Made by a program: the position numbers and the translations under genes. This document shows, piece by piece, positions 25,790 to 37,934 of a DNA stretch of 64,000 nucleotides. The stretch lies in the NCBI RefSeq assembly GCF_963506605.1, contig NC_083292.1, positions 16,368,001 through 16,432,000 of the forward strand, given 5' to 3'. The notes below the pieces were generated by a model, which was not told the origin of the DNA, ran no database searches, and saw only the letters and a program-made list of their open reading frames with translations. The first letter of the stretch is position 1. The number at the start of each line of letters is the position of its first letter. Source of the stretch: Zootoca vivipara. Taxonomy: Eukaryota.

Positions 25790-26090
25790 GTATTAAGAGT
25801 TAAAATGGGTCCTTCTCTGGGAGGGAGCCCGGACCTCAGGCAGAGCACTATTGTAAGCCCTTACTGGCTAGTAAAATGACAGGATTCCAGTGAAAAGTAA
25901 GGTGGCTAGTTAAGCCTGATCTTTATTAAAAAGCTGTTGCAACAGGGTGCTCCCCCACACGCAGGAGAGAGGAGGAGAACCCAGAACAAAGGTGGGCCCG
26001 CCCATATATAGACATTTTAAATTGCCCACCCTGCAGTCCAAGACCACCCCCAGAAACATCATACATACATCACAGAAAAGGCGGTCTACA
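25790..26090 (-). mobile_element. Partial LTR of the same family
   Basis: Shares AAGCCTGATCTTTATT...TGTTGCAACAGGGTGC...CATCACAGAAAAGGCGGTCTACA with 29370-29600. Confidence 0.7.
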
Positions 26091-26099
26091 CCTGGTACA

Positions 26100-27957
26100 C
26101 AGGCTGAAACCCTACCTGCCCGCGGACTGTCTTGCCAGAGTGGTGCATGCTCTAGTTATCTCACGCTTGGGCTACTGCAATGCGCTCTACGTGAAGGTGA
26201 CCCAGGAACTACAACTAACCCAGAATGCGGCAGCTAGACTGGTGACTGGAGGTGGCTGCTGAGACCGTATGATACCGTTCCTGAAAGACCTACATCGGCT
26301 CCCAGTACGTTTCCAAGCACAATTCAAAAGTGTTGGTGTTGACCTTTAAAGCCCTAAATGGCCTCAGCCCAGTATACATGAAGGAGCCTCTCCACCCCCA
26401 TCGTTCAGCCCGCCCCAGACACTGAGGTTCAGCACCAAGGGCCTTCTGGCAGTTCCCTCACTGCGAGAAGCAAAAGATAAGATAAGATATCTTTATTGTC
26501 ATTGTCCCCTTGTGGGAACAACGAAATTACTCGGTTGCTACATCCACTCTGATAAAGCATTCCGCATAATCCAAAATTACAAAAACCTAATTAAAAACAG
26601 TAAATATAACACAAAATAACAAGTAAAATAAGATGACTTCAAAGTCCAGGCTTTCCATTTAAGGCCAAAATCGCTCTAGATAAGAAACTGTTCCTGAGAC
26701 GGCTCGTTCTTGCCTGCATTGTTCTATATCTCCGTCCCGATGGCAGGAGCTGAAAGAAATGGTGACCAGGGTGCGTTGGATCTCTTGATATATCTAGTGC
26801 TTTTCTATGGCACCTGGTGGTGTAAATTTGTTCTAAGGTGGTGAGTGAGCAGCCAATAATGCTCTCTGCTGTTTTAATAATTCTACACAGCCCTGCTCTG
26901 TCCTGGGAAGTACAGCTTCCGTACCACACACATAAACCGTACGTGAGCACACTCTGTATGGCACAGTGATAGAAGGCAAGCAGCAGCTTTTGTGGAAGAT
27001 GGTTTTTCCTTAAAATTCTAAAAAAAATACAGTCTCTGCTGCGCCTTCTTCACAAGCCCAATTGTATTAACACTCCAGGACAGATCCTCCTGTAACTCAA
27101 TGCCTAGAAATCTAAACATTGTTACCCTCTCCACACAAATTCTGTCAATCAAAAGTGGCTGGACCTCGTTCTTCTGTCTCCTAAAGTCCACCACAAGCTC
27201 ATTAGTTTTCTTTGTATTTATGAGCAAGTTGTTGACTCTGCACCACTCTGTCAGCCGCTCCACCTCATCTCTATACTGTACTCAGTTTCACCCTCCTTAT
27301 CAGAGATGAGCCCGATCATGGTTGTGTCATCTGCAAATTTGACGACCCTATTTCTAGGGTGGGCAGCGACACAATCATACGTATAAAGAGTATAAAGGAG
27401 CGGACTAAGCACGCATCCTTGTGGTGTTCCTGTGTTAGTCCTAAGCATGTTAGACATATAAGGGCCCAACCGGACCCTCTGGGAGCGATCTGAGAGAAAG
27501 TCCAGTATCCACCCACAGAGTGATAGCGGGAGCCCCAGATTTCCCAATTTAGTTATCAGACGTCGCGGTAGAATGGTATTGAATGCTGAGCTGAAATCTA
27601 CAAAAAGCAGTCTGGCCTAGCTCCCCCGCTGCTCCAAATGTGCAAGAACAGCTTGGAGGGCAATCTCCACGGTATCCTCTGTTGATCGTTTCATTTTGTA
27701 GGCAAAAAACTACAGGAAACCAGGCAGAGGGCCTTCTCGGTAGTGGCACCCACGCTGTGGAACGCCGGCCCATCAGACGTCAAAGAGATAAATAACTACC
27801 TGACATTTAGAAGACATCTGAAGGCATCCTTGTTCAGGGAAGTTTTTAATGTGTGTTCAGGGAAGTTTTACACATTTTAATATATTTTAAATCTTTGTTG
27901 AAAGCTGCCCAGAGTGGCTGGGGAAACCCAGCCAGATGGGCGGGGTACAAAAAAACA

Positions 27958-28000
<43 letters not shown>

Positions 28001-28001
28001 T
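26100..28001 (+). mobile_element. L2 LINE 3' fragment (26100-26475 and 27701-28001) split by a Rex1 insertion
   Basis: Encodes HALVISRLGYCNALY (L2 SRLDYCN motif); continues as the intact copy at 58712-59122; (TAT)n tail. Confidence 0.85.
26476..27700 (-). mobile_element. Rex1/Babar LINE, 5'-truncated, frameshifted RT
   Basis: [67 protein letters not shown]; AATAAA plus (TCTTA)n tail; approximate TSD GCAAAA. Confidence 0.9.
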
Positions 28002-28114
28002 TGTCACGCTGGAGGAAAAGTGCTGACCTAGCTTTCCCTCCTGCGTGAGTCTGGCGGTTAGAGCTCTTAGAATGTTGGGATCCCAGTTTTCAAAAACAAA
28101 ACAAAAACCTAATA

Positions 28115-28290
28115 AAAAAATTCCTTCCAGCAGCACCTTAAAGACCAACTAAGTTTTTTATTTTGGTATGAGCTTTCATGTGCATGCAAAAATAAAAAAC
28201 TTAGTTGGTCTCTAAGGTGCTGCTGGAAGGAAAAAGTTTTATTTTATTTTACATCAGACCAACACGGCTACCTACCTGTAACTAAAACAA
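28115..28290. mobile_element. Penelope-like remnant with inverted structure
   Basis: CCTTCCAGCAGCACCTTAAAGACCAACTAAG...CTTAGTTGGTCTCTAAGGTGCTGCTGGAAGG; related copy at ~54262-54425. Confidence 0.55.
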
Positions 28291-28399
28291 AAACGTGCTA
28301 GCCTTTTCCCAGGTCTTTCCTGACCTGACAGTCGTTCCGTCTTCTCTACTGACTACTAAACTGTATGAGTGGCATGAAGTGGCATGAAGTCCTTCTCCC

Positions 28400-29241
28400 T
28401 TCCTTTACCATAGGGGTCCCATCAACCTTTCCTGTGTTTTACACACTATGGGGAAAAACTAGTCCCTTTTGCTGGACACCTGGCAGCCCAGTGCCAACTC
28501 AGGGTGCTCCAGATAGAACAGAAAGGAATTGTAAACACACTTGCGTTCTCACACTCACAGGTCATCCCCAACAAGAGTCGCCATGAGGGAGGGGCGTCTT
28601 CATTTACAAAATAAAGGGAAATTTGAAACAGAACCCAAGTCACTTGCTATCAAATCTAGCCGCCTGGACCAGTCTTGGGGCATCTTACTTGGGAAGGAGA
28701 AAAAGTTTTAGGTCTCAGGTTCCCTTGTTGTCAGAGTGACAGGGAATGAGAGGTTTGATTGGTGTTCTCCCCTTGCAGTTAATTGCCTCTCTAAGGGCAA
28801 TTAGGGCAGCTGGAGAACCCCAATTCTCCCATTCTCCACTCCCCCTCCTAGTTACTGGTACCTACTGCCAGGAAGGCTTGGAGTGAAGACTGTAAGCAAA
28901 AGATACAGCAAAGGATAGAAAAGTTAAGTTTGAGAATCTTGGTTGCTGGGTGTTTCAGAGAATCCCGCCCACTATTTCCCCCTTAAGCTGTCCTTAAACT
29001 GTCACTTCAGCATGAGTTGCTCTTGCAGATCCCGGGATCTTTACTAGATTAATTTATGGCCGACCTGATCAAGCATTGTTTCCTCTGGTTAGCCCTGCTG
29101 GAACTCCAGTTATTTCCAGACCCTGGGATCGCTGGAGGACTGGTGGTTCCTCCTGGCAAATAGCCTGGTGCGCACTGGATCACTAGTCCTTCCTCGCCCC
29201 CAGAATCCGGGCAACCGAAGGTCCCTTCATGAGTCGCCATC
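28400..29241 (-). mobile_element. LTR-element internal leader with primer-binding site
   Basis: Immediately 3' of the LTR on minus strand: TGGCGACTCATGAAGGGAC (29239-29221), tRNA-Arg-type PBS; left boundary approximate. Confidence 0.6.
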
Positions 29242-29879
29242 TGTTGTAAACAAAATCTGCCCTTATTCCCTTATTGGGTGTACAAGAGCCCTTATAGAGT
29301 CCTTTGTAGGTTCTCCATTGGTAGGAGAAAATAACAGAGTCCAAGCAGAGAATATTGAGAAGCAAAGCAGCTAGTAAGCCTGGCATTTATTGAACTGTTG
29401 CAACAGGGTGCTTCCTCTCATGCAGGAGAAAGGAGGAGGAGGACCCGGAACAAAGGTGTGCCTGCAGTATAGACATTTTAAATTGCGCACCCTGGAGCCC
29501 AAGACCACCCCCAGAAATCTCATACATAGATCACAGAAAGGGTGTAACTCAAGATCACCCCCCAGATACATCATACCTACATCACAGAAAAGGCGGTCTA
29601 CAACAGAAATTCGAATGTTGTTGTTTTTCCTGTCTGCCAGGTTGTCTGATAATGCCTTATCTGATTGCCTTTTCAGGTAGTCTGGCCATTACTTTGAGTC
29701 GGTAATCACTTAATTCCTGAGACAATGGGAAGGTTCCCTCATCCCTTCCCTCCTTGCAGAGAAACATTTGGTCAGTTTGGGAGTCAAAATGGTTTCAGGA
29801 CTGTGCTGCTCCAGACATGTGGTTTATATTTTTATGTACGTGTTTGCTTGGTGCATTTATGAACATTTATTATATATAA

Positions 29880-29926
<47 letters not shown>

Positions 29927-30094
29927 CTTTTTTTTATTCCATAGAGAAATATTTGAGGTGACTGAAAGTCAAAATGGCTTTAGGACTTTTCCTATGGGTT
30001 TCAGACATGTGGTTTATATATTTATATATGTGTTTGGTTGGTACATTTGTGAACATTTATTATATATTTATAAGACCTAAAAATTATTATAACA
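29242..30094 (-). mobile_element. 5' LTR with internal duplication and (GT)n at 29886-29925
   Basis: TGTTATAAT...TACAACA termini on minus strand; homologous to other LTR copies. Confidence 0.85.
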
Positions 30095-31849
30095 CATGCA
30101 AAGCAGATGGCTGCCCTGCCATTGTCTACTGCCCATCCCCAGCTGCAGCACAAGGAACTGTTAAAGCTGCAAATGTGGCTCAGCGAAAGTAATTTTAAAA
30201 TGATGCCTATAGAGGCAAAGCTTCACATTCATTAAATTTGAGCCCAAACAAAACATACAACATAAAAAATAACAAGGCAGGCAAATCAGCAATAAAAGCT
30301 AAAATCAAGTTGGAACATATTTAAAAGGTTGTTTATGGGGGCCACCTTGATCTCATCTGCCTTGAGTAAATGCTGTCTACCAAGGCTTCAACCAGACTTG
30401 CTGGATAAACAGGATTGTGTACATAACAGAAAGCATCCCCAACAGGGCCTGAAGCAAGTGTTGCTGGAAATGTTTACTTTTGATCATGGATGTTCTACTC
30501 TGTCTTGAGATTTCAATTATGTTACTTAAGGGCAGCTCATTAGCAGGCATCCTTATTGGAAATGTGCAACACACTAGGCCCCAAAGGGGCGCGCACACGC
30601 ACTACAGGCTTGCCTTTTTATTTTTATGTAGAGCATTTGTACCCCGCTTTTCAGCCCAAAAAGGCTCCCAGAGCAGCTTATATGAAATCAAGACAAGACA
30701 CTACCTGCAGGCTTACATGAACAAACGAACATGAACAAACGAACAAAAATACAACACACAAGAGAAAAAGAGCAAGGAGGGAAGAGGAAAATAAAGCTCA
30801 AAAACTCAGGCCCCAATGTTTGGACAGCTGTTCCTATCTCTCCCACTGAAACAGCCTTTTCCTTAATGTGGTTTTGCTGACGTTTTGGTGGGCAGAAAGG
30901 AAGACAAAAGTCCAGCAATAAATCAATGATGGACAATGCAGACACCAAGTGTGATAGCTAAGCTGGCTTTCCATGCACAGGAAGGTACTGTGATTCCGCT
31001 TTTAAGCAGTCATGGCTTCCCCCAAAGAATCCTGGGAAGTGCAGTTTGTTAAAGGTGCTGAAACATATTGCTCCGATTTCCTTTGGACCACATCAGCGAG
31101 GCGGGAGAGGGGTGGTTCCTGTCTGGGCAGCTCAGTGTTGGTAAATGCCAAGATCTGTCCAGGTCTTCTTAGGCCCCTATGCCTGGGCAGGACGTCTGGA
31201 ACACCTTTCAGCATACACCCGGGAATCATGGACTCATAACTGGGCTTTATGAGCACCAAATCAGCAGTAAACAGCAGAAGCATTTGTAGAGGTTTCAAAA
31301 CATTCCTCATTTATTTCTATTAACTACTGCATACTGTATTTACAGATCTGGCTTTGCGAGTGTTATAGCCTCTCACTTAGCCATCTTATCTACAGCAGAT
31401 ATTAAGCTGCACACAGCACACGGCAGAGAGCAGAGTCAGGAATGAAAAACAACAAAGTAACAATTCCTAACTGTTCCCTCCCAACAGCAGATATCACCAG
31501 ATTTTCAGAACGGGAGGGGTGAAAATGCTCACACCCAGTACCTCCATACAGACTGCCCAAGCTCGTGCCCGGAGGTCACTTTGGTGCTGCTAAAACAGCG
31601 GTTTGACTTCATCCCCGGAGGCGCACTCTCGAGACAGAGGATGCCCACAAGATCCCTATACAGTACTGTATTCCCTTTTCCCAGAGCTACAATTTCAGAG
31701 AGGTTTAACGGTCAATCCTTCCCTTTCCAGGGAACTCTGAAGAGTTGAAGCCAGTCTGGCATCTACCGTATGGTTATTTATTCCAGCACCTTTAACAAAT
31801 TACACTTCCTAGGATCCTTTGGGGCTGAAGCCCTGACAAGTGGCATCAC

Positions 31850-32560
31850 CGTATTTAACTGTGCGCATCCGCTAAAATATCCCCGCCCACCCCGCTGGAG
31901 GCACCCTTGGCGGACAAAACCTGAGCATGCGCAAACTGCAGCCGCAGCCGCCGCATGCGCATCCAGTGGCTCTTTCGTGCTCCCCCCTCCCTCCCTCGGA
32001 GTGAGGGCTTGCATAGGAGCCGTTCCTTCTACCCCCACCCCACTTCCCCATCTCTTCTCGGTGGCGCTCCGCTTCTCTCTCCTCCTCCCCTTTAAGCTGC
32101 GGTTCCCCCCCTCCCTGCTCCTCATTTTTTGTCCTCCGTCACGTTGCTCCTTGCGGTGTGTTAAGGCCTGAGGGGGCGGGGGCCGAGGCCGAATCGGCTG
32201 ACTGACTTGGCTGGCTGGCTGACTAACTATAGGCCCCGGAGGCGTTTGCAGCGGCCTGTGAGGGATTCGGAAGGATGTCTGGGGGCTGGGGCCGGGATAT
32301 GATGGACTACGGAGGCGGCGGGGCCGGCATGTCCGGAGGGGGCGGCCGGGGCGGCGGGAGCGGCGGTAGCGACGGCCGCATCTACGTGGGGAACCTGCCG
32401 GCCGACGTGCGCGAGAAGGACCTGGAGGAGCTTTTCTACAAGTACGGCCGCATCCGCGACATCGAGCTGAAGAGCAAGCGCGGGCTCGCCCCCTTCGCCT
32501 TCGTCCGCTTCGAGGACCCCCGGTGGGTGATGGGGAGCGGGTCGGGTGGGTTCCCGGTTT
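31850..32560 (+). promoter_or_regulatory. SRSF9 CpG island promoter
   Basis: CpG-rich; NRF1-like GCATGCGCA at ~31925 and ~31953; GC box GGGGCGGGG ~32173. Confidence 0.78.
32275..32522 (+). CDS. SRSF9: Serine/arginine-rich splicing factor 9, exon 1
   Basis: MSGGW...[45 protein letters not shown] (RRM1); CG|GTGGG donor. Confidence 0.95.
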
Positions 32561-34516
32561 CCCTCAGGCGGGAGGTGGAGAGAACCCCTCCCCCCCACAT
32601 TATCTCTCATATTTGAGAATGGGGGGGGCTTTTGGGGGGGCTTTCCCAAGCATGCCTGGATGATGGGGGGGGAGAAAGAAGAGGACCCCCCAACCCCAAT
32701 TTTTGGCATTTTGTGAATGTGGGGGTCTCCATCTTGCTGGCAGGGTGAGGTGCAAGCCCCGCCTCACCCCCTTCTCCTTCTTTCCCGCCTTTTTAAAATT
32801 TATTTTTATTTGGTTCGTTTTGGCGCGTCACATGTCGGCTTTCTGCTATAAGGCAAACCCACCCGCATCCACCCACCCAGACGGTTTTCAGATTTATTTT
32901 TTTAAAATAACTGCTATAAGGGGGTTGCTATCCAGCATTCGCTATGTTCCAGAGAGTAGACTCGTTGAAATGGGTGAGCCCAAGATAGTTTGCGTTAATT
33001 TCAGCGGGTCTAGAGTACTGTTGTGTAGGATTGACATTGGATATGATCCTGAAATTGATAGATATTTTATTTTGGAATGGTTTCAGCCTCACTAATAAAA
33101 ATAAACATTGCCTTACAGTGTCACATTATCTTTTTTATGATAATAATTTTTATTAGTTTTCAAATACAATCCAATTATAGCCTCATAATAACAATACCAA
33201 TTTATAATACAATTACTAATACCAATTGTTCAAATACCGAATAACATTATCATTACCCACCCTTCCCCCTAAGGTTCCAGCAATTGAAATAGTATTAAAA
33301 ACAGCTTAAAACAATTTAGTTACAGAAATGAGACTGCCCTACAGTCCGTTAATTTCAATGGGTCTGCTATTCTTGAGTAGCACTAAGATAAAATGTGACC
33401 CATTAACAGACATAACTTGTATGGGGTCCATCAGTTTCAGTGGGTCTGCTATTGAGTTTGGCAATGGATAAAATCCATTAAAATTGATATGCGTGATTAG
33501 CATTGGGTCCATCCGTTTCAAAGGGTTTCCCTAAGTAGAACTCAGTTGCCTACAATCCTAAAATAATCTATATGAAATGTATTGTGTTTATTTCCCACCT
33601 TGCTTCCTTCATGGAAGCCAAGGTGGCACACATTGTTATTATTATTATTATTATTGGAATTTATATACCGCCCTATACACCTGGTGGTGTTTTCTCAGGC
33701 AGCCTCCCATCTAGGCAGTGAGCAGACCCTGTATTGTATCCAATGCAGCCTACAGCCTTCACCAAAACACATGTTGTTGGACTAGATTGTGTAGAGATGG
33801 CAAACTGTTGGAAGGTAACTTGCTGCGTGTCTACTTTTGCATCTGTCACATGAAAAGTTGTTCACCAGGGAATGTGGCTCTTGGTGTGAAAAAGGTTTCT
33901 CAGCCCCAGCTTGTGTTGATTGGCAGCATCCAGGGATTCAGACAGGACATACTGGATATGTCAAGGACTGAACTAGGGATCTTCTGCATACAAATCAGGT
34001 GTTCTGCCTCTGAGGTATGACCCTTCCCCAACATAGGCGGATCAGATGCACCTAGACCAATATTATTTGCAAGACCAATATTATTTGCAAGAATACCAGC
34101 CACTAGTTCAAGGGTGGGAACTGTGGCCCTCCAGATATTGTTGGACTACAACTTCCACCATCCTTGGCTGCTGCGTCTTGCAACTAGGACTGTCCAATAA
34201 CAGCAGTGGAGGAGCCACAGATTCCCCACCTCTGCTTCAAACCACACCTTGGGTTCAGTTTATTTGTATTCTGCCTTTCAGGATACAAATCCTGCCTAAT
34301 TCAAAGTGACATGGTTTTTTTAAAATCAATTATATTTAAAAACACGCACAGAAACAAGATGGAGGATAAGATAGTGCCTTTTCCCAATTCATAAATGATT
34401 ATTCGGGGGGGGGGAGTAGTAAAATGGACTGTGGAATGGCTCATCTGCTGTTAATATTATACAGTGAGAGATCTAGATGTTGTAAAGATCACTGCATCTT
34501 TAGTAGGTTGCCAGTC

Positions 34517-34517
<1 letters not shown>

Positions 34518-34586
<69 letters not shown>
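34518..34586. repeat. (TTTC)n microsatellite
   Basis: Direct observation. Confidence 0.95.
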
Positions 34587-34587
<1 letters not shown>

Positions 34588-35178
34588 AAATCCTGGAATG
34601 GAGTCTTTATGTTTATGAATTAATTTTTAATTCATTAATTTCCATACTGCTTTTCAAGAATAAAATTCTTCACAATGTGGTTCACATTAAATATAACAAC
34701 AAAATGCAATATATAATATTTTAAAACATCAATAAATCCTATGGAAGGGGTGTTTCCTTCATTTTTGCAGAACTGTGTATATATTAAATCTGCTTTACAA
34801 ATATGTACTGTTCTGATTCTGGCAAATTCTTGTTAGTATGTTTTAGTCATTTTCTTCAAATATAGAAGTTTATGCAATGCGTAGCTCAACACCACAGCAT
34901 ACATGACTGACAACAGACCATTAATCCTTAATCTGAGGAATGTAGGATTGGACTGCATCAGAAATTAGTCCAGTTACACAAAAGTCACAACCACGACCCC
35001 TTAGTGGTGTAGTGAAGGGATTTTTTGGGTGACCACATCAGAGATGATGATTAACTACAAAAAAAATATGCTGGCATAAGAAGCAGGCTGCAGGGGTTCC
35101 TAAAGTAGTGTTTGGTACATTGCTAATTGATCTGTAGAAAGTAGTCTGCTGATGGCATTCTTGTTCATCAGAAGCATA

Positions 35179-35405
35179 CAGTGGTACCTCTACTTACGAA
35201 TGTTTCTACTTACGAATGGAGCTCCGTCCGCCATCTTGGATGCAGTTTAGATAGGATTTTTTCTACTTACGAATTTTTGGATAGGGTTGCTTCGACTTAC
35301 GAATTTTTTCTCCCAATGCATTCCTATGGGATTCGACTTACAAATTTTTTCGACTTACAAATGTGCGTTTGGAACGCATTAAATTCGTAAGTAGAGGTAC
35401 CACTG
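35179..35405. mobile_element. Tc1/mariner MITE
   Basis: TA|CAGTGGTACCTCTACTTACG...CGTAAGTAGAGGTACCACTG|TA. Confidence 0.88.
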
Positions 35406-36063
35406 TATAGAGAAACTTCTTCATTTTGCTGTATCTCTTGAAAGTAGCCTTTTTTGCGTAACTGACAATGGCTTTTTGAAACAGCTGGAGCAACAGTGCC
35501 TAGGGCACTAATGTTTTTTAACCTGATTGCCACCTTCTTGATTTTACTCCAGGGAGACTGGCAAGTCAACATAGTAATTGGCATTCGGAAAATAAATATG
35601 AACTCCCTGGTGCTATGATATGCTAACTGTTGTTGTAAGTGTAAGGCAGAAATGTTCTGAATTCTTTTTATTGTTTGTAACATTTTGAATCCTGATGGTG
35701 AATACTGTGTCCAGTCAGTATGTTTCATCCTGTGACTTTTGTCCAAAGCTAGAAACAACTTTATCACTCATAAATGTCAAGTGCTAACATCTTCCAGCTT
35801 AGAAACTGGGAACCTCTCCACTCTTTCCAGCCTACTATATATAAATATTTCTATAGTTAAGTTTCAAAGTACAATAGTTCCGAGGACTACTCATTTTCCA
35901 GAGCGTTAATCTATTGCAACAAACACAGCAAAGTACCTCTTCGCACCTTAAGGAGCAACAAAATGTTAGTCTTTAAGATACCAAAAGACTCTTCTCTTGT
36001 TTTCATACCTTTCCTGTGTTGTCTGGGCAATGCTAAATTCATGCATATATTATTTGTTCACAG

Positions 36064-36233
36064 AGATGCAGAAGATGCAATTTATGGGAGGAATGGCTAC
36101 GATTATGGTCACTGTCGCCTACGCGTTGAGTTTCCCAAACCTTCCAGAGGACGGGGTGGAGGCTTTGGTGGGGGGCCTCGTGGGAGGAATGGCCCTCCTA
36201 CACGGCGTTCTGAATTCCGAGTCCTTGTTTCAG
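36064..36233 (+). CDS. SRSF9: SRSF9 exon 2
   Basis: [24 protein letters not shown]...[17 protein letters not shown]; AG/GT; 170 nt. Confidence 0.97.
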
Positions 36234-37761
36234 GTATGTTGCCTTCCATACTTCATACTGGCTGGGAGCCATCCTGATGCCATGCCACATGTTTTGTTAT
36301 ATTGGGGAGAAGGAGCTTCTTGCTTCCGTAATACAGGGTTTCTTCTTTAATAAGAAAACTGTTCCTGTGAAGGAGTTTTTTCAGAGCTGCGAGAGGAGAA
36401 GACAGCTTTCTGGTTCAATTAACGGAGGAAGCCTATTGTAATTTGCTTTTGGAGTTCAACTTCGTGAATGAATGGTGAGCAAAAGATAAATCTCATCTCC
36501 ACCTGTAGGCAGGCATGAACTCAATGGACTTGGAAATGGGCAACTGGGAGGGTGAAGGGAAAGAAGAAGATCCTTGTAGTGTGCAGGGCCAGGAGGACTG
36601 GGTCTCAAAAGCAAATGATTCTCTGAGACAAAAAAAATGAGTATTACAGAGCTGCCTGAGCTGCTGCTGCTGTGCAGTATTTCTGCTTATTATGAGAGAA
36701 AATAACCTGAATTAGATCCCTCAGTTAATAACCTTGTGGATCCCTCAGGAACATTACCATATCTGAAGTAGGTGTCTTGTTTAGTGAGTTGGGCGAGACA
36801 GGTGGAAAGTACCTCTTACTGGAGAGAAGTGGATGTATTTTGGAGGTTTTGCCATGGCGATCAAATCTCTGGAGAAAACTCAGCACTCCCTGACCAATTT
36901 TATGGAATGGTCCACTTAAAACAAAACTTTTTTTAAAAAACCAACATGTTTATTCCCATGTACTGCTTAAATAAAGTACAGTGACCTATCTTGGTGCTTC
37001 TCTGCATGCTACTGTGGCATCCTGGCTAAAAATGTGATTGCTCCCTGTGAGGAAACTACTGAATTGCAATCTCCTCAGCTTTGCATCAGGACCTGAAAAC
37101 AAAAGTGTTGAACCACAGAAGCCTGGGAGGGCAGGGAGGATATCTGGAGGAATCTCTTTGACGTTTGGCATGAATGGGAGAACATGAATTGCTAGAGAGT
37201 ATTGTGAAGCGTTCTTGAAAACTGCTAGGAGCAGCAGTGTTCTAGTATCTCCAGAATGCAATATGGAACAGGGGAGCCACTTACCTTTGCCTTTACTTAA
37301 TGATCATGCTGATAGTTAAACACAGGTATCCTTGCTTCGCTGCCCAAGGACACAAATTGGAATCCAAACTCATACTGTTAGAAGGGGACTATCATTCTTG
37401 GATGGGAATCTGATCCTGAGTATCTTAAGTCGTACATGGAGTACAAGCTGTCCAGGCAGAGTTAGGGGTGATGTTAAGTTTACCTTGGACCAACAGGAGG
37501 AGGATTCCTTTCAATGCCCAGAACTCTGAATCCTACCTAGGGGACCACCTTGCTGACAATGAAAGGCTCATCCACTCAGGAATGGAACTTAACTGCTGTT
37601 CTTTGGATCCTTAATAAGCAGGAAGTCTGTGGAAGTGGTGGATGGAGTCTCAGACCCACTGGAGGTACCATTCCAGGGTGTGCAGCTTTTCCCGGCCCAG
37701 CCTAAGCCGCAAGTGCCATCTCTTTACGTAGTCTCTTATGTTTTGTGTTCTCACTGCTCAG

Positions 37762-37934
37762 GGCTTCCTCCATCAGGCAGCTGGCAGGACCTGAAGGATC
37801 ATATGCGTGAAGCTGGTGATGTATGTTATGCAGATGTACAGAAAGATGGAATGGGGGTGGTAGAGTTTCTCCGCAAGGAAGACATGGAATACGCACTGCG
37901 TAAACTGGATGACACCAAATTCCGATCTCATGAG
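37762..37934 (+). CDS. SRSF9: SRSF9 exon 3
   Basis: [30 protein letters not shown]...KFRSHE (pseudo-RRM SWQDLKD); 173 nt. Confidence 0.97.

Noticed and set aside
31002-31310. 102-aa minus-strand ORF upstream of SRSF9
   Set aside because: No recognisable homology or splice signals; 3' end runs into a repeat.
32930-33560. Repeated TTTCAATGGGTC-like words in SRSF9 intron 1
   Set aside because: Remnants of a common squamate palindromic interspersed repeat; irregular spacing, not a CRISPR-like array.
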